Below are positions 1-12,180 of a stretch of 64,000 bases of DNA, piece by piece. Made by a program: the position numbers and the translations under genes. The stretch lies in NCBI GenBank assembly GCA_036785375.1, contig JAWMAR010000471.1:248001-312000 (forward strand). The letters are read 5' to 3'. The stretch's first letter is position 1. Each line of letters starts with the position of its first letter. The notes beneath the pieces are model-generated. The model was not told where the DNA came from, ran no database searches, and worked only from the letters and a program-made list of their open reading frames with translations. The DNA comes from Leucoraja ocellata. Lineage: Eukaryota.

Positions 1-125
1 TTTAGCTTTTAGGGGAGGGATATGTTTGATGTCATTGTACCTCATATCAGTATCAGGATGGGGGGTATTCTGAAATATGCGCTGCATTAGGTGATGCTGT
101 GTTATTTATCCCCGGACTCTTGCAG

Positions 126-432
126 GGAATTGTCGAGGCGACGCCGTTTCTCAGTCACCGGCAGCGGTAACAGTGAGTGAAGGGGATGGCGCACAGTTGA
201 ACTGCAGCTACACAGCTACAAGCTCGAACCATGCTGGTCTTATCTGGTACCGTCAGTATCCCGGCGGACCCCTTGAATTTCTGCTGCTCAGAATGAAATA
301 CGAAGTCGCCCCGAAGAACAATGCCGGTGAACGCTTCTCTGCGGAGCTCGACCTTTTGGCAGGAACGGTCCCGCTGACGGTGTCACAAACGCGGCTCCGA
401 GACTCGGCGATGTATTACTGCGCTCTGAGCCC
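126..432 (+). CDS. TRAV: TCR alpha/delta V segment, family A unit 1 (V exon; leader upstream of window)
   Basis: Acceptor tcttgcag|GG at 125/126. Cys, Trp and YYC are intact. RSS: CACGGAG 433-439, 23-bp spacer, ACAAAAACT 463-471. Confidence 0.9.
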
Positions 433-791
433 CACGGAGGCGCAGAATTGGGCTGAGCCTGTACAAAAACTCCAAGCGCACCCAGTCACGTATCAGCGCG
501 TGGAACTGTGTCAGCGTCGGCCCTTCCTCGCTGAATTCAGCATCCGTCCCACCGCCTGTATGTACCACCAGCTTCTCATATTTAAACATTAGGTCCCTGA
601 ACATTACACAGCAGTAACAGATGAGCAATGAACTGTCTTCGGTTGCACTAAGCACTTCATGCCTTTCGTGTGCATGAATGTTGTTGTTTATTTATTGCAT
701 TTTGTTTATTGTATATTATACTTCAGACCTTGCCCCTCCTGTGACATCATGGAGCAGAAAACAAAGGAGGTTTGAGATGATTGGGCAACAA

Positions 792-1156
792 GAGGAAGCG
801 AGCGGTCAAGATCATCTCTGACCCCTCTCACCCTGGCGACAAACTATTTGAATCACTTCCCTCAGGAAGGCGACTCCGGACTGTCAAAGCTGCCACAGTC
901 AGATATGAAACAGTTTTTATCCACGAGTAGTTACTCTACTCAACAGCCAAATATCTGTAGCCTCCCTTTTATCTGGTATTTTGTTGGTTCACATGCTTGA
1001 TCAATGGTGTTTTATCATGAACGTTTTATTATTATCAATGTTTAGTGTTTTCTGAGATATTCGTAACTGTCACTGTATGATATGTTGTTACTTGTGGGCG
1101 GAGCTCCAAGGCATAGTCCTTGTATGTGAATACTTGGCCAATAAAATTACTTACTT
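792..1156 (+). mobile_element. Rex1/Babar-like LINE 3' fragment inserted in V promoter
   Basis: Sister copies translate to RKRAGKIISDPSHPGDKLFESLPSGRRLR..RHKNSFYP, a Rex1-type RT C-terminus. Has an (ACTT)n tail and is flanked by ACAA. Absent from most units. Confidence 0.7.
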
Positions 1157-1367
1157 ACAAAAGCAGTGATGTGATTGGCGGAATTAAGAAAGTGAGTGAA
1201 TTCGGGGAGTTGGAGAACAAATTAGCTCTGCGCCGACGGGATGTGACGTTGTCAAGAATAAGCCAATGATTGAAGAGCCTAGAGCACACCCCTTTCACAA
1301 TATCAGATTAAACCTGTTTCGGGGTGAGACCATTTCAGTTCATATTCACTCTCAATGCAATTACAAC

Positions 1368-2230
1368 ATGCTGGCCTTGAAAATGTATTGGCTTCTTACA
1401 GCTGCAGCTCTCTTAACCGGTAAGTTCACCACGTTTCCAATACTGTAGGGCACGATATTTATTCAACCAAATTCCTTCAATGCAACACAACGACTTTAGA
1501 AAGGGAGTCCGTCCGTATGACGACAGTAAACGCAGAGCACATTAGGAAAAAAGATGCCGTTTCACAGTAATTGATGTTCGGAAATTTAAGGTGAGTTTCC
1601 GGGTTAATTGTGGGAAAGCAGCGCCAATGGAGAAGCATCGTAGAGTTAGAACACACCGGTGGTTCACGCACAAGTGATCTACGATTCCCTTTTTCCCACC
1701 CCGGAAGGAGTAACGACGTCCAATCCGATGGAACCGGTTGGATTATCTTTAAAGATAAATTTAGTCGGCAATTCCCAGCGCCTTTCCACCCATATTTATT
1801 TAGCTTTTGGGGGAGGGGTCTGTTTGATGTCATTGTATCTCATATCAGTATCAGGATGAGGGGTATTATGAAATATGAGCTGGATTAGGTGATGTTGTAT
1901 TATTTATCCCCGGATTCTTGCAGGGCATTGTCGAGGCGACGCCGTTTCCCAGACACCGGCAGCGGTTACAGTGAGTGAAGGGGAGGATACAAAATTCAGC
2001 TGCAACTATACATCTTCAAGCTCGATCACTCCTGGACTAATCTGGTACCGTCAGTATCCCGGGGGATCCCTTGAGTTTCTGCTGCTCAGAACGACATACA
2101 AAGGCGGCGAGAAGAACAATGCCGGGGACCGTTTTTCTGCTGAGCTCAACCATTCGACAGGAACGGTCCCGCTGACGGTGTCACAAACGCGGCTCCGAGA
2201 CTCGGCGATGTATTACCGCGCTCTGAACCC
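1368..2230 (+). pseudogene. TRAV: TCR V family A unit 2; second conserved Cys changed to Arg (YYR)
   Basis: Leader 1368-1419 (G|GTAAG), V exon 1924-2230 open but TATTACCGC. RSS CACGGTG 2231, ACAAAAACA 2261-2269. Confidence 0.85.
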
Positions 2231-2560
2231 CACGGTGGCGCAGAATTGGGCTGAGCCTGTACAAAAACAATCAGAGATCCCCGTCAGTTTTCAGCGCGTT
2301 TGCCAGCATCGGCGCGTCCTTGTTGATTGCTGCACCCGTGCCAAAGCCAGTGTATTTGCTGTCATTAATACACGATTTTTAAATATTAAAACCCTCCATG
2401 ATAATTGGGTTGAAGTATAGCTTCTAACAAACAAATATTAGGTTCTTGAACACTACACCGCACTAAAAGATGATCTATGAAATGTCTTCGGTTGCATTAA
2501 GCACTTCATGCATCTTATGCACATGGACCTGGTTGTTAATTTATTGAATTTTGTTTATTA

Positions 2561-2745
2561 CAAGGACTTTGGGACTTTTGCCTTCCATCACAGTGAGGAG
2601 GTGTCTGGTGGACTCACTGTGGTGGATGTTAAAACTGTGTTGAGTGTGTGTTTTTATTCTATGTTATGACAGCTCGGTTAAACCATTTCTTTGCACTATA
2701 AATGTGCAATGACAATAAAGTTGAATCTAAACTAATCTAATCTAA
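2561..2745 (+). mobile_element. Short retroelement 3' fragment with AATAAA and (AATCT)n tail (representative copy; present in most units)
   Basis: A block of about 185 bp ending caataaagttgaatctaatctaatc. It is absent at the equivalent site downstream of units 1, 8, 22 and 25. Confidence 0.55.
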
Positions 2746-2756
2746 TTATATATTGT

Positions 2757-2940
2757 ACTTCCGGCCTTGCCCCTCCCGTGACGTCATGGAACAGAAAACA
2801 AAGGAGGTTTGAGATGATTGGGCAACAAAAGTTGTGATGTGATTGGCGGAATTAAGAAACAGTTAATTCGGGGAGTTGGAGAACAAATTAGCTCCGCGCC
2901 GGCGGGATGTGACGTTGTCAAGAATAAGACAATGAATGAA
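2757..2940 (+). promoter_or_regulatory. Family A V promoter (representative): Ets, CRE and CCAAT motifs
   Basis: ACTTCCGG 2757-2764, TGACGTCA 2779-2786, repeated GATTGG and a second TGTGACG. A perfect TCR-V-type decamer AGTGATGTCA occurs in the copy at 20268-20277. Repeated upstream of every leader. Confidence 0.65.
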
Positions 2941-3033
2941 GAACATCGACCACACCCCTTTCACTATATCAGATTAAACCTGTTTCCGGGTGAGACCATT
3001 TCAGTTCATATTCACTCTCAATGCAATTCCAAC

Positions 3034-3912
3034 ATGCTGGCCTTGACAATGTATTGGCTTCTTACAGCTGCAGCTCTCTTAACCGGTAAGTTCTCCACGT
3101 TTCCAATAATGTAGGGCATGATATTTAATCAACCAAATACTTTGAATGCAACACAACGACTTTAGAAAGGGAGACCTATGAGGACAGTAAACGCAGAGCA
3201 CATTGGGGAAAAAAGATGCAGTTTCACAATAATTGATGTTCGGAAATTCGAAGTGAATTTCCAGGTTAATTGTTGGAAAGCAGCCCCGACGGAGAAGCAG
3301 CGTAGAGTTAGAACACACCGGTGGTTCACGTACGAGTGATCTACGATTTCCCCCTTCCTCCCCGGAAGCAATAATGACGTCCAGTCCGATGGAACGGGTT
3401 GGATTATCTTTAAAGATAAATTTATTCGGTAATTCCCAGCGCCTTTCCGCCCATCTTTATTTAGCTTTTAGAGGAGGGGTATGTATGATGTCTTTGTACC
3501 TCATATCAGTATCAGGATGTGGGGCATTCTGAAGTATGAGCTGAATTATGTGATGTTGTGTTATTTATCCCCGGTCTCTTGCAGGGAATTGTCGAGGCGA
3601 CGCCGTTTCCCAGTCACCGGCAGCGTTTGTGACACCGTCAGCGGGACCGTTCCTGTCGAATGGTTGAGCTCCGCAGTAAAACGGTCCCCGGCATTGTTCT
3701 TCTCGCCGCCTTTGTATGTTGTTCTGAGCAGCAGAAACTCATGTGATTGACGGAATTAAGAAACTTCGGGGAGTTGGTGAACAAATTAGCTCCGCGCAGA
3801 CAGGATGTGACGCTGTCACGAATAAGCCAATGAATGAAGAACCTAGACCACAGCTCTTTTACAATATCAGTTTAAACCTGTTTCCGGGTGAGACCATTTC
3901 AGTTCAGTTCAG
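3034..3912 (+). pseudogene. TRAV: Family A unit 3: V exon destroyed by a complex rearrangement
   Basis: Leader at 3034. V exon begins 3585 and is replaced after about 3625 by an inverted V fragment and a promoter fragment. No RSS. Confidence 0.9.
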
Positions 3913-4573
3913 TAAATATTAAAAAAAACCCATGATAATTGGGTTGAATAATAGCTTCTAACAAAAGAATATTAGTTTTTTGACCACTACACAGCACTAA
4001 AAGATGAACTATGAAATGTCTTCGGTTGCATTAAGAACTTCATGCATCTTACGCACATCGAATTGGTTGTTCATTTATTGAATTTTAATTATTACAAGGA
4101 CTTTGGGACTTTTGCCTTCCATCACAGTGAGAAGGTGCCTGGTGGACTCACTGTGGTGGATGTTAAAACTGTGTTGAGTGTGTGTGTTGTTATTTCATTC
4201 TATGTTTTGACATCTCGGTTAAACCATTTCGTTGCACTGTAAATGTGCAATGACAATAAAGTTGAATCTAATCTAATCTAATCTAATCTAATAATATATT
4301 GTACTTCCGGCCTTTCCCCTTCTGTGACGTCATGGCACAGTACGCAAAGGGGGTTTGAGATGATTGGGCACCAAAAGCTGTGATGTGATTGGCGGAATTA
4401 AGAAACTTCGGGGAGTTGGTGAACAAATTAGCTCCGCGCAGACAGGATGTGACGCTATCACGAATAAGCCAATGAATGAAGAACCTAGACCACAGCTCTT
4501 TTACAATATCAGTTTAAACCTGTTTCCGGGTGAGACCATTTCAGTTCATATTCACTCTCAATGCAATTACAAC

Positions 4574-5418
4574 ATGCTGGCCTTGACAATGTATTGGCTT
4601 CTTACAGCTGCAGCTCTCTTAACCGGTAAGTTCTCTACGTTTCCAATAATGTAGGGCATGATATTTAATCAACCAAATACCTTGAATGCAACACAACGAC
4701 TTTAGAAAATGAGTCCGTATGAGGACAGTAAACGCAGAGCACATTAGGAAAAAAGATGCAGTTTCACAGTAATTGATGTTCGGAAATTCGAGGTGAGTTT
4801 CCAGGTTAATTGTTGGAAAGCAGCGCCGACGGAGAAGCATCGTAGCGTTAGAACACACCGGCGGTTCACGCACGAGTGATCTACGATTTCCCCCTTCCTC
4901 CCCGGAAGCAATAACGACGTCCAGTCCGATGGACCGGTTTGGATAATTTATTCAGTAATTTTCCAGCGGCTTTCCGCCCATCTTTATTTAGCTTTTAGGG
5001 GAGGGGTATGTTTGATGTCATTGTACCTCATATCAGTATCAGGATGAGGGGTATTCTGAAGTATGAGCTGAATTAGGTGATGTTGTGTTATTTATCCCCG
5101 GTCTCTTGCAGGGAATTGTCGAGGCGACGACGTTTCTCAGACACCGGCAGCGGTTACAGTGAGTGAAGGGGATGATACAAAATTGAGCTGCAACTATACA
5201 GTTACAAGCACGACCTCTCCTCGACTAATCTGGTACCGTCAGTATCCCGGCGGATCCCTTGAGTTTCTGCTGCTCAGAACAACATACAAAGGCGGCGAGA
5301 AGAACAATGCCGGGGACCGTTTTACTGCGGAGCTCAACCATTCGACAGGAACGGTCCCGCTGACGGTGTCACAAACGCGGCTCCGAGACTCGGCGATGTA
5401 TTACTGCGCTCTGAACCC
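4574..5418 (+). CDS. TRAV: TCR V family A unit 4 (intact)
   Basis: Leader 4574-4625, V exon 5112-5418. RSS CACTGTG 5419-5425, 23 bp, ACAAAAACA 5449-5457. Confidence 0.9.
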
Positions 5419-6140
5419 CACTGTGCCGCAGAATTGGGCTGAGTCTGTACAAAAACAATCAGAGATCCCCGTCAGTTTGCAGCGCGTTTGCCAGCATCGG
5501 CGCGCCGTCGCTGAATGCTACACCCGTCCCAACGCCAGTGTGTTTGCTGTCATTAATACTCGATTTTTAAATATTAAAAAAAACCATGACAGTTGGCTTG
5601 AAGAATAGCTTCTAACAAACAAATATTAGGTTTTGAGCCCTACACCGCACTAAAAGATGAACTATGAAATGTATTCGCTTGCATTAAGCACTTCATGCAT
5701 CTTCTGCACATGGACCTAGTTGTTAAATTATTGAATTTTGTTTATTACAAGGACTTTGGGACTTTTGACTTCCATCCCCGTGAGGAGGTGTCTGTTGGAC
5801 TCACTGGGGTGGATGTTAAAACTGTGTTGAGTGTGTGTTTTGTTATTTTATTCTATGGTATGACAGCTCGGTTAAACCATTACGTTGTACTGTAAATGTG
5901 CAGTGACAATAAAGTTGAATCCAATCTAATCTAATCTAATTATATACTGTACTTCCGGCCTTGCCCCTCCTGTGACGTAATTGGACCAGAAAACAAAGGA
6001 GGTGTGAGATGATTGGGCAACAAAACTAGTGATGTGATTGGCAGAATTAAGAAACTGAATTCCCCTTTCACAATATCAGATTAAACCTGTTTCCGGGTGA
6101 GACCATTTCAGTTCATATTCACTCTCAATGCAATTACAAC

Positions 6141-6705
6141 ATGATGGCGTTGACAATGTATTGGCTTCTTACAGCTGCAGCTCTCTTAACCGGTAAGTTC
6201 ACCACGTTTCCAATAATGTAGGGCATGATATTTATTCAACCAAATACCTTGAATGCAACACAACGACTTTAGAAAATGGGTTCGTATGACGACAGTAAAC
6301 GCAGAGCACATTCGGAGAAAACGATGCAGTTTCACAGTAATTGATGTTCGGAAGTTCGAGGTGAGTTTCCAGGTTAATTGTTGGAAAGCAGCCGCGATGG
6401 TGAAGCATCGTAGAGTTAGAGCATACCGGTGGTTCACGTACGAGTGATCTATGATTTCCCCTTCCTCCCCGGAAGCAATAACTACGTCCAGTCCGATGGA
6501 ACGGGTTGGATTATCTTTAAAGATAAATTTACTCGGTAATTCCCGGCGACTTTCCGCCCATCTTTATTTAGCTTTTAGAGGAGGGGTATGTTTGATGTCA
6601 TTGTACCTCATATCAGTATCAGGATGAGGGGTATTCTGAAGTATGAGCTGAATTAGGTGATGTTGTGTTATTTATCCCCGGTCTCTTGCAGGGAATTGTC
6701 GAGGC
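6141..6705 (+). pseudogene. TRAV: Family A unit 5: V exon truncated after 14 nt
   Basis: Leader at 6141, acceptor at 6691, GGAATTGTCGAGGC then joined to the Rex1-like tail (6706-6855). The promoter is also partly deleted near 6060. Confidence 0.88.
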
Positions 6706-7064
6706 CTTTCATCTGGTGTTTTGTTGATTATTATCAATGTTTAGTGTTTTCTGCGTCATTCGTAACTGTCACTGTATGTTATGTTGTTACTTGTGGGCGG
6801 AGCTCCAAGGCATATTCCTTGTATTTGAATACTTGGCCAATAAACTTACTTACTTACAAAAGCAGTGATGTGATTGGCGGAATTAAGAAACTGAGTGAAT
6901 TCGGGGAGTTGGAGAACAAATTAGCTCTGCGCCGACGGGATGTGACGTTGTCAAGAATAAGCCAATGAATGAAGAGCCTAGTCCACACCCCTTTCACAAT
7001 ATCAGATTAAACCTGTTTCCGGGTGAGACCATTTCAGTTCATATTCACTCAATGCAATTACAAC

Positions 7065-7930
7065 ATGCTGGCCTTGACAATGTATTGGCTTCTTACAGCT
7101 GCAGCTCTCTTAACCGGTAAGCTCACCCCGTTTCCAATAATGTAGGGCATGATATTTATTCAACCAAATACCTTGAATGGAACACAACGACTTTGGAAAA
7201 TGAGTCCGTATGACGACAGTAAACGCAGAGCACATTAGGAAAAAAGATACAGTTTCACAGTAATTGATGTACGGAAATTCGAGGTGAGTTTCCAGGTTAA
7301 TTGTTGGAAAGCAGCCGCGATGGTGAAGCATCCTAGAGTTAGTACACACCGGTGGTTCACGCACGAGTGATCTACGATTCCCCTCTCTCCCCCCCCCCCC
7401 CCCGAAGCAATAACGGCGTCCAGGCCGATGTAACGGGTTGGATTATCTTTAAAGATCAATTTATTCGGTAATTCCCAGCGCCTTTCTGCCCATCTTTATT
7501 TAGCTTTTGGGGGAGGGGTATGTTTGATGTCATTGTACCTCATATCAGTATCAGGATGAGGGTTATTCTGAAGTATGAGCTGAATTAGGTGATGTTGTGT
7601 TATTTATCCCCGGTCTCTTGCAGTGAATTGTCGAGGCGACGCCGTTTCTCAGACACCGGCAGCGGTTACAGTGAGTGAAGGGGAGGATACAAAATTGAAC
7701 TGCAACTATACAGTTACAAGCTCGAACAATGCTGGACTAATCTGGTACCGTCAGTATCCCGGCGGATCCCTTGAGTTTCTGCTGCTCAGAAGGACATACA
7801 AAGGCGGCGAGAAGACCAATGCCGGGGACCGTTTTTCTGCTGAGCTCATCCATTCGAAAGGAACGGTCCCGCTGACGGTGTCACAAACGCGGCTCCGAGA
7901 CTCAGCGATGTATTACTGCGCTTTAAACCC
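7065..7930 (+). CDS. TRAV: TCR V family A unit 6 (intact)
   Basis: Leader at 7065, V exon 7624-7930. RSS CACGGTG 7931, variant nonamer ACCAAAACT 7961-7969. Confidence 0.88.
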
Positions 7931-8742
7931 CACGGTGGCGCAGAATTGGGCTGAGTCTGTACCAAAACTATCAGAGATACCCGTCAGTTTGCAGCGCGTT
8001 TGTCAGCATCGGCGCGCCCATGTTGATTGCTGCACCCGTCCCAACGCCAGTGTGTTTGCTGTCATTAATACACGATTTTTAAATATTAAAAACCCCCATG
8101 ATAATTGGGTTGAAGAATAGCTTCCAACAAAAAATATTAGGTTTTTGAACACTACACAGCACTAAAAGATGAACTATGAAATGTCTTCGGTTACATTAAG
8201 CACTTCATGCATCTTCTGCACATGGACCTGGTTGTTAATTTATTGAATTTTGTTCATTACAAGGACTTTGGGACTTTTGCCTTCCATCCCCGTGAGGAGG
8301 TGCCTGGTGGACTCACTGTGGTGGATGTTAAAACTGTGTTGAATGTGTGTTTTGTTATTTTATTCTATGTTATGACAGCTCGGTTAAACCATTTGGTTGT
8401 ACTGTAAATGTGCAATGACAATAAAGTTGAATCTAATCTAATCTAATCTAATTATATATTGTACTTCCGGCCTTGCTCCTCCTGTGACGTAATTGGACCA
8501 GAAAACAAAGGAGCTGTGAGATGATTGGGCGACAAAAGCAGTGATGTGATCGGCGGAATTAAGAAACTGAGTGAATACGGGGAGTTGGGGAACAAATTAG
8601 CTCCGCGCCGACGGGATGTGACGCTGTCAAGAATAAGCCAATGAATGAAGAACATCGACCACACCCCTGTCACAATATCAGATTAAACCTGTTTCCGGGT
8701 GAGACCATTTCAGTTCTTATTCACTCTCAATGCAATTACAAC

Positions 8743-9587
8743 ATGCTGGCCTTGACAGTGTATTGGCTTCTTACAGCTGCAGCTCTCTTAACCGGTAAGT
8801 TCACCACGTTTCCAATACTGTAGGGCATGATATTTATTCAACCAAATACCTTGAATGCAACACAACGACTTTAGAAAGGGAGTCAGAATGAGGACAGTAA
8901 ACGCAGAGCACATTAGGAAAAAAGATGCAGTTTCACAGTAATTGATGTTCGGAAATTCGAGGTGAGTTTCCAGGTTAATTGTTGGAAAGCAGCGCCGACG
9001 GAGAAGCATCGTAGCGTTAGAACACACCGGCGGTTCACGCACGAGTGATCTACGATTTCCCCCTTCCTCCCCGGAAGCAATAACGACGTCCAGTCCGATG
9101 GACCGGTTTGGATAATTTATTCAGTAATTTTCCAGCGGCTTTCCGCCCATCTTTATTTAGCTTTTAGGGGAGGGGTATGTTTGATGTCATTGTACCTCAT
9201 ATCAGTATCAGGATGAGGGATATTCTGAAGTATGAGCTGGGTTGGGTGATGTTGTGTTATTAATATCCGGTCTCTTGCAGGGAATTGTCGAGGCGACGCC
9301 GTTTCTCAGACACCGGCAGCGGTTACAGTGAGTGAAGGGAAGGATACAACATTGAGCTGCAACTACACAGCTACAATCACGACCTCTGCTGGACTAATCT
9401 GGTACCGTCAGTATCCCGGCGGACCCCTTGAGTTTCTGCTGCTGAGAACGACATACAAAGGCGGCGAGAAGAACACCGCCGGGGAACGTTTCTCTGCGGA
9501 GCTCAACCATTCGACAGGAACGGTCCCGCTGACGGTGTCACAAACGCGGCTCCGAGACTCGGCGATGTATTACTGCGCTCTGAACCC
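8743..9587 (+). CDS. TRAV: TCR V family A unit 7 (intact ORF, variant nonamer)
   Basis: Leader at 8743, V exon 9281-9587. RSS CACGGTG 9588, ATAAAAACT 9618-9626. Confidence 0.88.
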
Positions 9588-10391
9588 CACGGTGGCGCCG
9601 AATTGGGCTGAGCCTGTATAAAAACTATCAGAGATCCACGTCAGTTTGCAGCGCGTTTGTCAGCATCGGCGCGCCCTCGATGTTTGCTGCACCGGACCCA
9701 AAGCCAGTGTGTTTGCTGTCATTCCTACACGATTTTTAAATTTAAAAAACCCCATGATAATTGGGTTGAAGTATAGCTTCGAACAAACAAATATTATGTT
9801 CTTGAACACTATACAGCACTAAAAGATGAACTATGAAAAGTCCTCGGTTGCATTAAGCACGCCATGCATCTTATACACATGGACTTGGTTGTTAATTCAT
9901 TGTATTTTGTTTATTACAAGGACTTTAGGACCTTTGCCTTCCATCACAGTGAGGAGGCGCCTGGTGGACTCACTGTGGTGGATGTTAAAACTGTGTTGGG
10001 TGTGTGTTTTGTTATTTTATTCTATGTTATGACAGCTCGGTTAAACCATTTCGTTGTACTGTAAATATGCAATGACAATAAAGTTGAATCTAATCTAATC
10101 TAATCTAATTATATATTGTACTTCCGGTCTTGCCCCTCCTGTGACGTAATTGGACCAGAAAACAAAGGAGGTGTGAGATGATTGGGAACCAAATGCAGTG
10201 ATGTGTTTGGCAGAATTAAGAAACTTCGGGGAGCTGGAGGACAAATTAGCTCCGCGCCGACGGGATGTGACGCTGTCAAGAATAAGCCAACGAATGAAAA
10301 GCCTAGACCACACCTCTTTCACAATATCAGATTAAACCTGTTTCCGGGTGAGACCATTTCAGTTCATATTCACTCTCAATGCAATTATAAC

Positions 10392-11244
10392 ATGCTGGCC
10401 TTGACAATGTATTGGCTTCTTACAGCTGCAGCTCTCTTAACCGGTAAGCTCACCCCGTTTCCAATAATGTAGGGCATGATATTTATTCAAGAAAATACCT
10501 TGAATGCAACACAACTACTTTAGAAAGGGAGTCCGTATGTGGATAGTAAACGCAGAGCACATTGGGAAAAAAGATGCAGTTTCACAGTAATTGATGTTCG
10601 AAAATTTGAGGTGAGTTTCCAGGTTAATCGCTGGAAAGCAGCGCCGACGGAGAAGCATCGTAGAGTTAGAACACAGCGGTGGCCCCCGTACGATCGAGCT
10701 ACGATTTCTCCCTTCCTCCCCGGAAGCAATAACGACGTCCAGTCCGATGGAACGGGTTAGATTATCTTTAAAGATCAATTTATTCGGTAATTCCCTGCGT
10801 CTTTCCGCCCATCTTTATTTAGCTTTTAGGGGAGGGATATGTTTGATGTCATTGTACCTCATATCAGTATCAGGATGGGGGGTATTCTGAAATATGCGCT
10901 GAATTAGGTGATGTTGTGTTATTTATCCCCGGACTCTTGCAGGGAATTGTCGAGGCGACGCCGTTTCTCAGACACCGGCAACGGTTACAGTGAGTGAAGG
11001 GGATGACGCACAGTTGAACTGCAGCTATACAGCTACAAGCTCGAACAATCCTGGTCTTATCTGGTACAGTCACTATCCCGGCGGATCCCTTGAATTTCTG
11101 CTGCTCAGAACGAAATACGAAGCCGCCCCGAAGAACAATGCCGGTGAACGCTTCTCTGCGGAGCTCGACCATTTGACAGGAACGTTCCCGCTGACGGTGT
11201 CACAAACGAGGCACCGAGACTCGGCGATGTATTACTCTGAGCCC
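10392..11244 (+). pseudogene. TRAV: Family A unit 8: 5-nt deletion removes the second Cys
   Basis: V exon 10943-11244 reads TATTACTCTGAGCCC versus TATTACTGCGCTCTGAGCCC in sister copies. WYSH replaces WYRQ. Heptamer CACGGAA at 11245. Confidence 0.88.
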
Positions 11245-11603
11245 CACGGAAGCGCAGAATTGGGCTGAGCCCGTACAAAAACTCCAAGCGCACCCACTCA
11301 CGTATCAGCGCGTGGAACTGTGTCAGCGTCGGCCCTTCCTCGCTGAATGCAGCATCCGTTCCACCGCCTGTATGCACAAGCAGCTTCTCATATTTAAACA
11401 TTAGGTTCCTGAACATTACACAGCAGTAACAGATGAGCAATGAACTGTCTTCGGTTGCACTAAGCACTTCATGCCTTTCCTGTACATGAATGTTGTTGTT
11501 TATTTATTGAATTTTGTTTATTATATATTATACTTCAGACCTTGCCCCTCCTGTGACGTCATGGAGCAGAAAGCAAAGGAGGTTTGAGATGATTGGGCAA
11601 CAA

Positions 11604-11969
11604 GAGGAAGCGAGCGGGCAAGATCATCTCTGACCACTCTCACCCTGGCGACAAACTACTTGAATGACTTCCCTCAGGAAGGCGACTCCGGACTGTCAAA
11701 GCTGCCACAGCAAGACATAAACACAGTTTTTATTCACGAGTAGTTACTCTACTCAACAGCTAAATATCTGTCGCCTCCCATTGATCTGGTGTTTTGTTGT
11801 TTCACATGCTTGATCAATGGTGTTTTATTATGAATATTTTATTATTATCAATGTTTAGTGTTTTCTGCGTCATTCGTAACTGTCACTGTATGTTATGTTG
11901 TTACTTGTGGGCGGAGCTCCAAGGCATATTCCTTGTATGAGAATACTTGGCCAATAAACGTACTTACTT
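11604..11969 (+). mobile_element. Rex1/Babar-like LINE 3' fragment (duplicated copy)
   Basis: Same sequence and same insertion point as 792-1156. Confidence 0.7.
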
Positions 11970-12180
11970 ACAAAAGCAGTGATGTGATTGGCGGAATTAA
12001 GAAACTGAGTGAATTCGGGGAGTTGGAGAACAAATTAGCTCTGCGCCGACGGGATGTGACGTTGTCAAGAATAAGCCAATGATTGAAGAGCCTAGACCAC
12101 ACCCCTTTCACAATATCAGATTAAACCTGTTTCCGGGTGAGACCATTTCAGTTCATATTCACTCTCAATGCAATTACAAC

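Noticed and set aside
173-592. C-terminal extensions of V ORFs (TVAQNWAEPVQK...)
   Set aside because: This is read-through of the RSS and flank, which is removed by V(D)J recombination.
1266-1448. Recurrent 60-98 aa ORFs (MNEEPRPH...MLALTMYW...) extending the leader upstream in frame
   Set aside because: They run through promoter motifs and read into the intron, and their recurrence reflects duplication. The first ATG of MLAL is the likely start because the second ATG is lost in units 7, 13 and 25.
4042-4242. Recurrent 66-aa hydrophobic ORF (MHLxHMDLVV...) and antisense intron ORFs
   Set aside because: They overlap a repeat tail or intron, are broken by stops or frameshifts in several units, and have no recognisable domain.
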